From: Bryobacterales bacterium | GTDB taxonomy: Bacteria; Acidobacteriota; Terriglobia; Bryobacterales; Bryobacteraceae | Assembly: GCA_020852755.1 (NCBI GenBank) | Contig: JADZAF010000099.1 | Span: forward strand, 32,125-96,124 | Length of the DNA: 64,000 bases | Reading direction: 5' to 3' | Shown: piece after piece, positions 39,000 to 48,833 of the stretch | How positions within the stretch are numbered: the first letter of the stretch is position 1 | Layout of the letters: each line of letters opens with the position of its first letter | Notes under the pieces: model-generated | What the model saw: only the letters and a program-made list of their open reading frames with translations | What the model was told of the DNA's origin: nothing | Database searches by the model: none | Translations under genes and position numbers: made by a program

Positions 39000-39989
39000 T
39001 TACGAGCCTTCCCGTTTCCCCTCGCCCGGCAGTTGCTTCTTGACGCCGCCCTCCATGGCCAGCTCCAGAAACCGCTGGAACATGGCTGAAAGCTTGGACT
39101 CCCTTTCGGCATCCGGCGACCATAGGGAAACGATGGTGCGGGCGTTCTTCAGATTCTGGCTCGCCTCGGCCAGGCGCGCGGCCTGCGGGCTCAGCAGCAG
39201 CAGTTCCGGACTGCTCTTCAACAGCGCCAGTTCCTCGCCCTCGAAGGCCAGCTTCATGCGGCTGCGCTTCAGTTCGTCTTCGGTGCGCTTCTCCGCCAGA
39301 ATCGCTTCCTGCTCCAGTTCGCTCCGGCGCAGATCGTATTTCTTGATTTCCAGTTCGTGCTCCGAAAGCGCAATCTGCTCGTCGGCCTCGATCTTCGCCC
39401 GGGCGGCCGCCACCCGGGCCTGCTGGTTGAGCAGTTCGGTCTGTTCCAGAATGCGCGCCGATTCTCGCCGCCGCATGGCTTCCGCAATCTCGGGATCGGC
39501 GGGGTCCACCGACTGCACGGTCAGGGAAACCAGTTCCAGGCCGAACTGCGGCGCCCGCGCCGTGATGCCCGCCGTGAGGTGCCCGCCCAGCTTCTCCGAG
39601 GACAGCTCCTCGATCACGTATTTCTCGGTGTACTCCTTGACGATGCCCTGGATGACCGTCTCGAATTCCTTGGCGGCCTTCACCACCGCGTCCCGTTTCC
39701 ACCCGCCCACGCGGACCAGGCTCTCCAGGTTGTCCCTCGAGGGGGCCACCGTGACTACCAGCGCGGTCCGGATCTGCACGCTGCCGCGGGCCGCGCCCTC
39801 GATCTTCAACTCGATCTGGTGGGTGGTGCCGGGCAGCGCCAGGCTGAAATGGCGGGGATAGAAAGCCCCGCCGCGCAGCCGGATCTTCCCATCGGCCTCA
39901 TACAGCACCAGCTGGTCCGGCTTGCGAAGCCGGTATTCGTATATGGCCAGCGCGATCAGTAGCGCGGCAACAACCACTGCGATCCACAT
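39000..39989 (-). CDS. SPFH/band-7 (stomatin/flotillin-like) family protein
   Basis: N-terminal TM anchor, an SPFH core, and a long Ala/Glu-rich coiled coil. It ends 29 nt upstream of the 1861-aa ORF on the same strand. Confidence 0.8.
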   Translation of the reverse strand: MWIAVVVAALLIALAIYEYRLRKPDQLVLYEADGKIRLRGGAFYPRHFSLALPGTTHQIELKIEGAARGSVQIRTALVVTVAPSRDNLESLVRVGGWKRDAVVKAAKEFETVIQGIVKEYTEKYVIEELSSEKLGGHLTAGITARAPQFGLELVSLTVQSVDPADPEIAEAMRRRESARILEQTELLNQQARVAAARAKIEADEQIALSEHELEIKKYDLRRSELEQEAILAEKRTEDELKRSRMKLAFEGEELALLKSSPELLLLSPQAARLAEASQNLKNARTIVSLWSPDAERESKLSAMFQRFLELAMEGGVKKQLPGEGKREGS

Positions 39990-40103
39990 TGTCTTCAGTT
40001 CTCCCGGGGCGGTGCGATCGGCTAGTAAGGCGGGCGGCCAGGCTACGGCAACAGCCCCGCCCTGGGCGCGTACGGCTCGTGATTCTCCTGCCCCATGTCT
40101 CGA

Positions 40104-42320
40104 TTATCGCGCAAGGCTCTCTATGTAGCGTCCGTCGTAGTAGTAGAAGAAGCCGTCCTCCGCTCCAATGATCAGGTCCAGCTTTCCGTCCCCGTTCCAG
40201 TCCACGACATTGGGCGTCGGATTATGTCCGGCCAGTTTCGCACGGACCAGCGTTCCGCGCAACTGCATCACCGGCCGTTCCTGGCTGCCGGTATTCTCGT
40301 GCCACACCGGCCCTTCGTCGGAATCGGTCACCAGGTCCAGGTCTCCGTCGCGGTCCAGGTCGGCCAGCTCGATCTTCCTCCGGCCGCTCGCCCCCGCGCG
40401 CCCCGATGCCAGGTTCAGAAACCGGCCGGCCGGGGTCACGAAGATCCGTTCCGGGGGCAGCAGGCGCAGACCACCGTTCCCCTTCGTCCGCCGGTAGAGG
40501 CTCAGGTAGCCCTGGTGGTTGAGCATCACCAGGTCGGGCAGGCCGTCCCGGTCCCAGTCCACGATCTTTGGAGTGGTCCGCCACTGGGTGACCAGTTGCT
40601 TTCCCACCGGCTGCCACCAGTTCCACTCCGGCTTGGGGGCCGGCCCCGGCCACTCCACCTCCACCGGTGCGGCCGCGGCCAGTTCCGGCGCGGTCTTCGT
40701 CCCTGTGTTGCGGTACCAGACGATGTCGCCCCGGATGTCGTTCACCAGGATATCCAGCTTCCCGTCCAGGTCCCAGTCCCCCACTGACGGATTGCTGTAG
40801 CCCCACTTGGCCTCCGCGGGCCCTTGAATCGATCCGTCCGGGCCGGCGATCCTGCGGGTCGTCCTGCCGCCCGCTTTGAGATACCCGCGGTCGGCGAACA
40901 CCGGCTCCTGCCGTGTGCCCGTGTTCTCGAAGAACTGCAGGTAGCCCGCGGAAGTTCCGGCCAGGATGTCGAGCCGTCCATCCCCGTTCCAGTCCACCGC
41001 CACGGGCCGGGACAGCACTCCGGCCTTGAGATACGGGTCGACCTGCTCCAGGTACCGTGGGGCCGCCAGTTCCGGCTCCGACCCGCGCGGCGCCATGTTC
41101 TCCGCCAGCGAAACCGTGCCGTCCTCTTCCGCGATCAGCAGCGAAGGGCCTCGGTCCGCCCGCCAGTACACCACCCGCGGCTGGATCATGCACAGGTCCA
41201 TGCGCAGCGGGACCCCGCCTGCCCGCACCAGCTCGCCGGCCGCCAGCCGCGGCGCCGTCCGGGTCCCGGTGTTGCGAAACAGCGTGACCGTGTCCACGAA
41301 GCTGCCGCCGATCAGGTCGAACACCCCCCGGCCGAGCCAGTCCACCGGGCTGGGCGCCGGGCTGCCGTACAGGTCGACCGGCCTGCCGCCCGCTTCCAGC
41401 TTGACGGGCGGCTCGTAGTCCGGCCGCTCATTGGCGCCCCGGTTGCGGTGCAGGTAGACGTAGCCGTGCAGCGGCCCGCGCGTCCACTCGCCCTTTTCGT
41501 TGAAGGCGTCGTCCCAGCCGTAATCGCGCCAGTCGCTCACCCCCACCAGCAGGTCGATGCGCCCGTCTCCGTCCCAGTCGAACGGCTGCCACATCTCGTC
41601 CCGGCCGATGAAGTAGTCCCGGGCGGGCGTCACCTTCACGAAGCGGGACAGGCGATTGCGGCGGAAGTCGGAGTAGTAGCCTCCGATGGTGACCAGGTCC
41701 GCGGCGCCGTCGCCGTTGAAATCGGCGGCGGTCAGCTCTCTCAGCCCGGGGCCCAGCCACTCGGCCCGCTCGAACAGGGGATCCAGGTTGGAACCCAGGT
41801 TCACGAAAAGGTAGGTGCCGTTGTAGGGACGGTCCGGACAGGCGATCACCAGGTCCGTGTCGCCGTCGCCGTCCGCGTCCAGCGCCGCCGGCCGGGGCTG
41901 CAAGCCGACCGCGACACGGTTCCTGACTCCGCTCCGGCCATAGGTGATGCGGTCGCCCGTGCCCACCATGGCCGGAGCCGCGAGACGGCGGGTCTCGCCT
42001 CCCGCGCCTTCGTCGAAATAAACGTAGTAAGCCGGCGCGCCGGACGAAAAGAAACTCACCCGGGCGGCCGGGTTGCGCCATTCGGTCTTGGAAGGGAGCA
42101 CATCGCGGTCCCCTTCCGCGATCACCCGCACCGAATCGGGGTTGAACCCCGCGGGCGCCGTGAATTCCAGCGCAACCGGAACGCCCTTCGCCGCGGCGCA
42201 GGGGTGCCGGATCCGCAGCCGGTTTGACGTCGGCCACACAGCCTGCCCGCGCTTCTCGATGGCGGCACCCCAGAGAACAGCGGCCAGGAGCAGTGGAACG
42301 GGCAGGAGGCGCATGGGCAT
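40104..42320 (-). CDS. FG-GAP/VCBS-like repeat exported protein
   Basis: Signal peptide, and repeated DxDGDGxxDL(v) Ca-binding-like motifs (DADGDGDTDL, DFNGDGAADL, DWDGDGRIDL, DWNGDGRLDI, DWDLDGKLDI, DWDRDGLPDL, DLDRDGDLDL, DWNGDGKLDL). Confidence 0.7.
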   Translation of the reverse strand: MPMRLLPVPLLLAAVLWGAAIEKRGQAVWPTSNRLRIRHPCAAAKGVPVALEFTAPAGFNPDSVRVIAEGDRDVLPSKTEWRNPAARVSFFSSGAPAYYVYFDEGAGGETRRLAAPAMVGTGDRITYGRSGVRNRVAVGLQPRPAALDADGDGDTDLVIACPDRPYNGTYLFVNLGSNLDPLFERAEWLGPGLRELTAADFNGDGAADLVTIGGYYSDFRRNRLSRFVKVTPARDYFIGRDEMWQPFDWDGDGRIDLLVGVSDWRDYGWDDAFNEKGEWTRGPLHGYVYLHRNRGANERPDYEPPVKLEAGGRPVDLYGSPAPSPVDWLGRGVFDLIGGSFVDTVTLFRNTGTRTAPRLAAGELVRAGGVPLRMDLCMIQPRVVYWRADRGPSLLIAEEDGTVSLAENMAPRGSEPELAAPRYLEQVDPYLKAGVLSRPVAVDWNGDGRLDILAGTSAGYLQFFENTGTRQEPVFADRGYLKAGGRTTRRIAGPDGSIQGPAEAKWGYSNPSVGDWDLDGKLDILVNDIRGDIVWYRNTGTKTAPELAAAAPVEVEWPGPAPKPEWNWWQPVGKQLVTQWRTTPKIVDWDRDGLPDLVMLNHQGYLSLYRRTKGNGGLRLLPPERIFVTPAGRFLNLASGRAGASGRRKIELADLDRDGDLDLVTDSDEGPVWHENTGSQERPVMQLRGTLVRAKLAGHNPTPNVVDWNGDGKLDLIIGAEDGFFYYYDGRYIESLAR

Positions 42321-42366
42321 GAGTCTATTCTGGGGGAGACGAGCCCGCCCCCGCCACTCGCGCCGG

Positions 42367-43686
42367 CTACCGCGATCCCGGGCCCGCCTGCTCTTCCGTG
42401 ACCTTCTCCGGCAGTTTGAAGCCCAGGTAAGTCCCCGAACTGATCCCCATCAGGATCAGCATCTGATTGTCGAAGACGGGCATCACCAGGTCCCGCAGCG
42501 ACGTCCAGAGAAAGTACACGCCTAACGCCACTGTCCAGACGAAGATCTGCAGCCGGTGAAAGCTGATGCCGCTGGAGTCGGAGAGGATGTCCCGGATCCA
42601 CCCTTTGGTTCCGCGAATGGCCGGCTCCGGCTCCGCCAGTTCGGCGCGCACCTGCGCCAGCCGGTTCTCCTTGGCCTGCAGCTCCTTCTCGAGTTCTCCG
42701 AGATTGGACGGGACCGCTGCCTGCGCTTTGGCTGCCACCGCCGCCTGGCCTTCCTCCACTTTCCGCTTCAACCCGGCCAGGCCCTGGCTGCCGTCCAGCC
42801 GGTTGACCAGCGCGGCTGCCTCCGTCTTCAGCGACTCGCGCTTCTCCGTAGCCTTCGTCCATTTGTCCGCGTCCACCATCAGGGCGGTCAGACCGGTAGC
42901 CGCGCTGATGCCCATCAGGATCAGGGCGTCGTTGGTCAAAGGCGCTGCCGACTGGGTCATCAGGGAGATGTAGCACCAGGATGCCAGCACCAGCAGAAAC
43001 CATGCCGCCATTTGCGTCCGCGCCAGGCTGTACGGCCTCCGCCTGCCGTCCGGCGGTGGAGGACCACTGTCGCGCAGCAGGTCGGAACGCCGCGCCAGCA
43101 CCACCACCAGCACCGCCAGCGCCAGCAGGGCGGCATAGATGATGTAGCTGTACCAGCGCTGCAGGTTCAGCCGCAGCATGACTGTGCTGGCGATAGGTTC
43201 TTTGCCGGGCACCCCGACCGACACCAGGATCCTGTTCTGGTCGGCCCGCCGTGCCGCGATCAAAACCCGCCGCCAGTTCCTTTGCTCCTCGGCATCCGAC
43301 AAGTCGGGATACAGGTAAAAGCCGAGCCTGCTGACGGCATCCTGCGCGGGCCCCATCACGCTGGCGGTCACTTTCTTCAGCGGCTGGCCGTCCAGGAACA
43401 GAATGATGGATTCGACATTCGCGGGCTTGTCGGCCCATCGATCGAGATGGGCCACGTCCACCAGGATCTTGTGCTTGAGGTTCACCGTCGTGCCGTGTTC
43501 CGTATCGGCATTCATCACGGCCGCCACCCTCGGTGTTTCGGAACTCGGAGCCGGGGGCGTCTGCTTGACTTCGGGTTTCGCCTCGGGCGTCTGGGCCTGC
43601 GCAACGGCCAGGAACAGGGAGCCGGCCAAGGCCGGCGCGATCCGCTTAAACACGCTGTCCTCCAGCGGCTCGAACTCTCCTCGCAT
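42367..43686 (-). CDS. hypothetical exported/membrane protein with central TM helices and coiled-coil
   Basis: Signal peptide (IAPALAGSLFLAVAQA), two or more TM segments and a coiled-coil segment. The start is uncertain. Confidence 0.45.
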   Translation of the reverse strand: MRGEFEPLEDSVFKRIAPALAGSLFLAVAQAQTPEAKPEVKQTPPAPSSETPRVAAVMNADTEHGTTVNLKHKILVDVAHLDRWADKPANVESIILFLDGQPLKKVTASVMGPAQDAVSRLGFYLYPDLSDAEEQRNWRRVLIAARRADQNRILVSVGVPGKEPIASTVMLRLNLQRWYSYIIYAALLALAVLVVVLARRSDLLRDSGPPPPDGRRRPYSLARTQMAAWFLLVLASWCYISLMTQSAAPLTNDALILMGISAATGLTALMVDADKWTKATEKRESLKTEAAALVNRLDGSQGLAGLKRKVEEGQAAVAAKAQAAVPSNLGELEKELQAKENRLAQVRAELAEPEPAIRGTKGWIRDILSDSSGISFHRLQIFVWTVALGVYFLWTSLRDLVMPVFDNQMLILMGISSGTYLGFKLPEKVTEEQAGPGSR

Positions 43687-43826
43687 CCCTCCGGACCCCG
43701 CATGCGTTCCCCTGGGATGCCAGTGACTTCGTGCCTCCTCAAAGGTGATACTCCCTTCAACCGTTGCCGTCAAGAGAAAATTCCCCTGACCTGCAACGGT
43801 CCGGCGGCCGGTAGGATAATTCCTGC

Positions 43827-45599
43827 ATGAGAAATTGCCTGCCCTTCCTTTCTGTGCTGGCGGCCGGCGCCATGGTCGCCGCCCCTCCGGTGCGCCCCGT
43901 CTCCGAACGTATCCGGATTGAAAGCAATATCGTGGTTCCCATGCGGGACGGCGTCAAGCTCTATGCGGACATCTACCGGCCGGACCGCGACGGGAAGTTT
44001 CCCGTTCTGGTGGTCCGCACGCCCTACGGCAAGCAGCGCGACGGAATGCACGAGACCAAGATCCAGTTCGCCCAGCGCGGTTACGCCGTGGTTATCCAGG
44101 ACACGCGCGGGCGCTACGAATCCGAGGGTGCCTGGGATCCCTTCCGCAACGAGGCTCAGGACGGGTACGACACGGTCGAATGGGCCGCCCGGCAGCCCTG
44201 GTCCAACGGCAAGGTGGGTATGGAAGGCGGCTCCTATCTGGGCAATGTGCAGTGGCAGGCCGCCGCCCTGACCCCTCCCAGCCTGGTGGCCATCTTTCCC
44301 GCCGTGGCCTCCACCAGCCTCTACCACAACACCTTCTATCACGGCGGCGCCTTCAAGCTGGCGGTGTCCTACGGCTGGGGCGCGGTCCGGATGCCGCTGC
44401 GCATCATGTATCCCCAGTACTGGCACACCGAGCCCTACGCCCCGCCCGAACTGAAGTACGAGACCATCATGTGGCGCCTGCCTCTCGGTGAACTGGACCG
44501 GGCGTCCTCCGGCCAGGCCGTGCGCCACTGGCGCGACTGGGTCAAGCACCAGAGCTACGACGATTACTGGCGCGCCATCAGCGTGGAGGAGAAGTTTGAC
44601 CAGGTGAAAGTTCCCGCTCACACCCACGGCGGCTGGTTCGACCTCCTGCTCAACGGGACTCTCAACGGCTTCACCGGCATGCGTCGAAACGGGGGCAGCG
44701 AGATCGCGCGGCGCGGCGCCAAAATGACGGTGGGCCCCTGGGGGCACGGCCCCAGCCGCAAGTTCGGCGATGTCGATTTCGGACCCGAGGCCATGCGCCG
44801 GCTTTTCGAGCGCGAGCTGCAGTGGTTCGACCACTACCTGATGGGCATCGACAACGGCATTGACCGCGAGCCGCCCGTGGAGATCTTTCTCATGGGCATC
44901 AACCGCTGGGTGCGCTTTGACGACTGGCCCATCCCCGGCGCCCGCCCCACCCCGTTCTACCTTTCGAGCGGCGGCAGCGCCAACACCGTGCGCGGCGACG
45001 GCACGCTGGGCGAGGCGCGGCCCTCCGGCGCCCCATCCGACCACTTCCGCTATGACCCCAACCAGCCCGTCCCCACCGTCGGCGGCAACGACTGCTGCGG
45101 CCTCCCGGTTTCAGCCGGTCCGGTGGACCAGCGCCCGGTGGAGGACCGGCACGACGTGCTGGTATACACCAGCGGCATCCTGAAGGAGCCGCTGGCCATC
45201 GCCGGGCCGGTGCGCATGAAGCTCCACGCCGCCACCGACGGGCCGGACACCGACTGGTTCATCAAGCTGGTGGACGTCCACCCCAACGGCTTCGCCATGA
45301 ACATCGCGGAGGGCATTCTCCGGGCCCGTTACCGGAACGGATATGACCGCCCCGAGTTGCTCAAGCCCAACCAGGCCTACGAGTTCGAGATCGACATGCG
45401 GGCCACCGCCAACGTCTTCCTTCCCGGCCACCGCATCCGGGTGGACATAACCAGCAGCAACTTCCCGCAGTTCGACCGCAACCTGAACAGCGGCGAGGAC
45501 CTGGCCACCGGGACCAAAGTGCGTGTGGCCGCCCAGACGGTCTTCCACACCGCCGCCCGGCCCTCACATATCCTGCTGCCGGTGATTCCCATGCCGTAG
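43827..45599 (+). CDS. CocE/NonD family hydrolase (S15 X-Pro dipeptidyl-peptidase-like)
   Basis: Signal peptide, VPMRDGVKLYADIYRP...FPVLVVRTPYGK, and the nucleophile context GGSYLG. Confidence 0.8.
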   Translation: MRNCLPFLSVLAAGAMVAAPPVRPVSERIRIESNIVVPMRDGVKLYADIYRPDRDGKFPVLVVRTPYGKQRDGMHETKIQFAQRGYAVVIQDTRGRYESEGAWDPFRNEAQDGYDTVEWAARQPWSNGKVGMEGGSYLGNVQWQAAALTPPSLVAIFPAVASTSLYHNTFYHGGAFKLAVSYGWGAVRMPLRIMYPQYWHTEPYAPPELKYETIMWRLPLGELDRASSGQAVRHWRDWVKHQSYDDYWRAISVEEKFDQVKVPAHTHGGWFDLLLNGTLNGFTGMRRNGGSEIARRGAKMTVGPWGHGPSRKFGDVDFGPEAMRRLFERELQWFDHYLMGIDNGIDREPPVEIFLMGINRWVRFDDWPIPGARPTPFYLSSGGSANTVRGDGTLGEARPSGAPSDHFRYDPNQPVPTVGGNDCCGLPVSAGPVDQRPVEDRHDVLVYTSGILKEPLAIAGPVRMKLHAATDGPDTDWFIKLVDVHPNGFAMNIAEGILRARYRNGYDRPELLKPNQAYEFEIDMRATANVFLPGHRIRVDITSSNFPQFDRNLNSGEDLATGTKVRVAAQTVFHTAARPSHILLPVIPMP

Positions 45600-45737
45600 G
45601 CCCGCGGCTGGCCGCGCCCGGATTACAGCAGGGGACCAGGCAAGGGAACACTCAAAGGTGGCGTTGAAAACGTAAGCCCGCCCGAGCCGGCAGGCTTCCC
45701 GGGTTGCGGCCGTGCCGCGCTGTGATACAGTACCGCC

Positions 45738-46664
45738 ATGAGAACAGTGATCCTGTCACTGGTGTTTGTCCTCTGGGCGCCGGCCGCGGATTTCGAGATT
45801 CTCGACCAGGCCGAGTTTCGCAGGCTCTTTCCGCCGGACGCGAAGGTCGAGCGGCTGGTCACGGGCCTCCAGTTCACCGAGGGGCCGGTCTGGATGCCGG
45901 GTCAGGCGGGGGGCTACCTGGTATTCAGTGACATTCCGGCCGACGAGCTGAAGCGCTGGGACCGGCGAGGCGGATTGCAGCTCTATCGCAAACCCAGCAA
46001 TAACGCCAACGGAAACACACTGGACCGCGAGGAACGCCTGGTCACCGCCGAACACGGCGGGCGCCGCATCTCACGGACGGAAAAGAACGGCACGGTCACC
46101 ACCGTGGTGGACAGCTTCGAGGGCAGAAAACTGAACTCGCCCAATGACGTGGTAGTCGCTTCCGACGGCGCCATCTGGTTTACCGATCCCGACTACGGGC
46201 TGTCCGGCCGTCCCAGGGAGCAGGCCGGTAACTACGTCTTTCGCCTGGACACGAAGACTAACCGCCTGACCGCCGTCATTAAGGACTTCGACAAGCCCAA
46301 CGGACTCTGTTTTTCGCCCGATGAGTCGCGGCTCTATGTGGCCGATTCCGGCAAACCGCGCCACATCCGCGTCTTCAAGGTGACAGCCGGCGGAGAGGTG
46401 AGCGGCGGCGAGGTGTTCGCGGCCATCGACAAGGGCGGACCCGACGGGATCCGCTGCGACGAGGGCGGCCGGGTCTGGTCCAGTTCCGGCGACGGCGTCC
46501 AGATCTTCTCCCCGCAGGGCCGCCTCGTCGCCCGGGTCCTGCTGCCGGAGTCCGCCGCCAACCTGGCCTTCGGCGGCCGTGCCGGCCGGACCCTGTTTCT
46601 GACCGCGCGCAAGTCCCTCTACGCGGTCGAGACGCTGGTCAGGGGAGCGCCGCGCCCGAAGTAG
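45738..46664 (+). CDS. SMP-30/gluconolactonase/LRE family protein
   Basis: FTEGPVW...SNNANGNTLD...SPNDVVVASDGAIWFTDP... are six-bladed propeller lactonase motifs. Confidence 0.8.
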   Translation: MRTVILSLVFVLWAPAADFEILDQAEFRRLFPPDAKVERLVTGLQFTEGPVWMPGQAGGYLVFSDIPADELKRWDRRGGLQLYRKPSNNANGNTLDREERLVTAEHGGRRISRTEKNGTVTTVVDSFEGRKLNSPNDVVVASDGAIWFTDPDYGLSGRPREQAGNYVFRLDTKTNRLTAVIKDFDKPNGLCFSPDESRLYVADSGKPRHIRVFKVTAGGEVSGGEVFAAIDKGGPDGIRCDEGGRVWSSSGDGVQIFSPQGRLVARVLLPESAANLAFGGRAGRTLFLTARKSLYAVETLVRGAPRPK

Positions 46665-46686
46665 CGCCGGGCAGCGGCATCTGCTG

Positions 46687-47154
46687 TCAGAGTTCCAGAA
46701 ACGTCGCCCAGGCGTGCGCCCGTTCGCCATCCCGCCCGGACAGCGCGGCTTCCGTCAGGATACGGCGCTTGCGCCTCTCCACTACCCAGCCCCGCACCTC
46801 CAGGTCTTCGCCCGCGGCGACCGGGCGGCGAAGCCGGACCCGCAACTCGCAGGTGAGTGCCTGGGAGCCCGATGTCGCCGCCGCTTGCGACATGGCCTCG
46901 TCCAGTACCGTCGCCACCAGGCCGCCATGTACGACCCCCCGGAAGCTCTCCAGGTCGCTCGAAGCGACCCAACGCGCCGCCGCGGTGTCGTTGCCGGCAG
47001 TGAAGTGCAATCGCAGGCCGCGGGGATTCTCGGACCCGCAGGCAAAGCACCGGCTGTTTCTCCATGCCGGTGCGGGGGCCGCCGCTTCGCTCACTAACCG
47101 TACCTCCTCGGCCTCCGCAATCGCGACCCTGTGTCCCGCCCCGCAGCCCACCAT
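46687..47154 (-). CDS. PaaI-family (hotdog fold) thioesterase
   Basis: HGGLVATVLDEAM is the hotdog thioesterase signature. The start is uncertain. Confidence 0.65.
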   Translation of the reverse strand: MVGCGAGHRVAIAEAEEVRLVSEAAAPAPAWRNSRCFACGSENPRGLRLHFTAGNDTAAARWVASSDLESFRGVVHGGLVATVLDEAMSQAAATSGSQALTCELRVRLRRPVAAGEDLEVRGWVVERRKRRILTEAALSGRDGERAHAWATFLEL

Positions 47155-47203
47155 AACATACCCGAAAGTCCGGTAACCCGGACGCTGCCTGGTGCGCCGG
47201 TTC

Positions 47204-47896
47204 TCAGGAGCGGCCGGTGGTGCGGTAGCGGTCCGCTACGAAATCCCAGTCGATGACGTTATGGAAGGCGGCCACGTAGTCGGCCCGCCGGTTTTGATAC
47301 TTCAGGTAATACGCGTGCTCCCACACGTCCAGGCCAAGAAGAGCGGTGCGGCCCTGGGTCGCCGGATTGTCCTGGTTGGGGGTACTCTCGATGCGCAACT
47401 GCCTGTTCGCATCCATGGCCAGCCACGCCCAGCCGCTGCCGAAGACCCCCATGGCGGCGCGGGTGAACTGTTCCTGGAATCTGTCGAAGCTTCCGAACGC
47501 CTGGTCGATGGCTCGGGCCAGTTCGCCTTTGGGCGCGCCGCCCTTCCTGGACATCATCTGCCAGAAGAGGCTGTGGTTCAGGTGGCCGCCTCCGTGATTG
47601 CGCACCGCCGTCCGCACGCCCTCCGGAAGCCCGCTCCAGCCGCTTACCAGTTCCTCCAGGCTGCGTCCCTGCAGGTTCGGGTGAGCGGCCAGGGCCGCGT
47701 TCAAATTGTTCACGTAGGCCGCATGATGGCGGCTGTGGTGAATCTCCATCGTGCGGGCGTCGATGTGCGGCTCCAGCGCGTCGTAGGCGTACGGCAGAGA
47801 GGGCAGGGAAAAGGCGGCCTTCGGCTGCGCCGCCAGTGAAACGGGACCTCCGGCCAACAGAACTCCCAGTACCGATCGTCTTGTCAACAGTGTCAT
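47204..47896 (-). CDS. sodA: Fe/Mn superoxide dismutase with N-terminal export signal
   Basis: [28 protein letters not shown]...DVWEHAYY. The N-terminus is RR-containing ([12 protein letters not shown]). Confidence 0.9.
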   Translation of the reverse strand: MTLLTRRSVLGVLLAGGPVSLAAQPKAAFSLPSLPYAYDALEPHIDARTMEIHHSRHHAAYVNNLNAALAAHPNLQGRSLEELVSGWSGLPEGVRTAVRNHGGGHLNHSLFWQMMSRKGGAPKGELARAIDQAFGSFDRFQEQFTRAAMGVFGSGWAWLAMDANRQLRIESTPNQDNPATQGRTALLGLDVWEHAYYLKYQNRRADYVAAFHNVIDWDFVADRYRTTGRS

Positions 47897-47990
47897 CCTC
47901 CGCGGTCAGAGTTCGGCGTTGTAACTTACGCTTATCTGATGCGCGGGTCTTCCGCGGGGTGGCAGAAACAATTCCCGGTGGGCGTGTTGT

Positions 47991-48034
47991 GGCCGGAAAG
48001 GTCCGGGCGGAAACTCCGGAGGACCTTTCCGGCC
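47991..48034. repeat. 14-bp perfect inverted repeat GGCCGGAAAGGTCC / GGACCTTTCCGGCC (16-nt spacer)
   Basis: Read directly. It lies immediately 3' of the spy-like gene stop and 5' of sodA, and is not followed by a U-run. Confidence 0.6.
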
Positions 48035-48048
48035 GGAGTGGGGCAGGA

Positions 48049-48567
48049 TCAGGGGCGCGCGCCGAAGGGGCAGTTCATCCCCATGCCGCGCCCGCCGCGG
48101 CGGCCGAACCCCATGCCCATCCCGCCGCCGCCGAGCTTCTCCACCTGCTCTCGCTGGGCGGCGGTCAGAACATTGTTATAGAAATCGGCGTAGGCCGTGG
48201 CGTGGATGGCCCGCATTTTTCCGCTTAACGCGCCCAGGCTGGCCGACAGATTCCCGATCTGGTCGGTCCGGTTCACCTTGATCGCCGCTGCCAGCGCATC
48301 CTGCGCCTTCTGCAGTTCCGTCCGCAAGGTCTGCGACGCGGTGAAGGCCTGCTCGAAGATCGACTTGGCCTGGGTCTTCTGGGTCTCGGTCAGGTTGAGT
48401 ACGGCCGCCATTCGGCTGATGCGCCACTCCATCCACTGTTGAGGATCGGTCTGGCTCTGTCCGGCCTGAGGCGCGCGTCCGCGCAGGCCGAAGCCCGGTC
48501 CCTGCGCCGGCAGCAGGCCGGCCATCAAGGCTCCGATCAGGAGCGTCTGCAATGCGATTCTTTTCAT
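48049..48567 (-). CDS. Spy/CpxP-family periplasmic chaperone-like protein (LTxxQ motif)
   Basis: Signal peptide, LNLTETQKTQ and LTAAQREQ motifs. A perfect SD AAGGAGG sits 7 nt upstream of the chosen Met. Confidence 0.65.
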   Translation of the reverse strand: MKRIALQTLLIGALMAGLLPAQGPGFGLRGRAPQAGQSQTDPQQWMEWRISRMAAVLNLTETQKTQAKSIFEQAFTASQTLRTELQKAQDALAAAIKVNRTDQIGNLSASLGALSGKMRAIHATAYADFYNNVLTAAQREQVEKLGGGGMGMGFGRRGGRGMGMNCPFGARP

Positions 48568-48833
48568 GGGTTCCTCCTTGTGCCCTTGCCGGGTGCATAT
48601 GGGAGGCCGATTGCAGGAAATTGGGAATGAATGAGTTAGCAGAAAAGCCCCGGGAAGCGGGCGCAATCATTGCGTGTTCCCGAAGCGCCGGGCGCAGGAT
48701 CTGCGCGGTGCTTTCCTCCCGCTACGCCGCCTGGATTGCAGCACGGCCCGCAATGACGTGTCCGAGGAGCAGGGACACGTAGGAACGTGCGCCACCACGT
48801 GGGGCCGCAGTGGCGCACGTCTTCAACCTGCCG

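Noticed and set aside
48568-48833. Looked for a sigma54 or envelope-stress promoter upstream of the spy/cpxP-like gene
   Set aside because: Only a strong SD (AAGGAGG) was identified. No convincing -24/-12 or other recognisable promoter motif.
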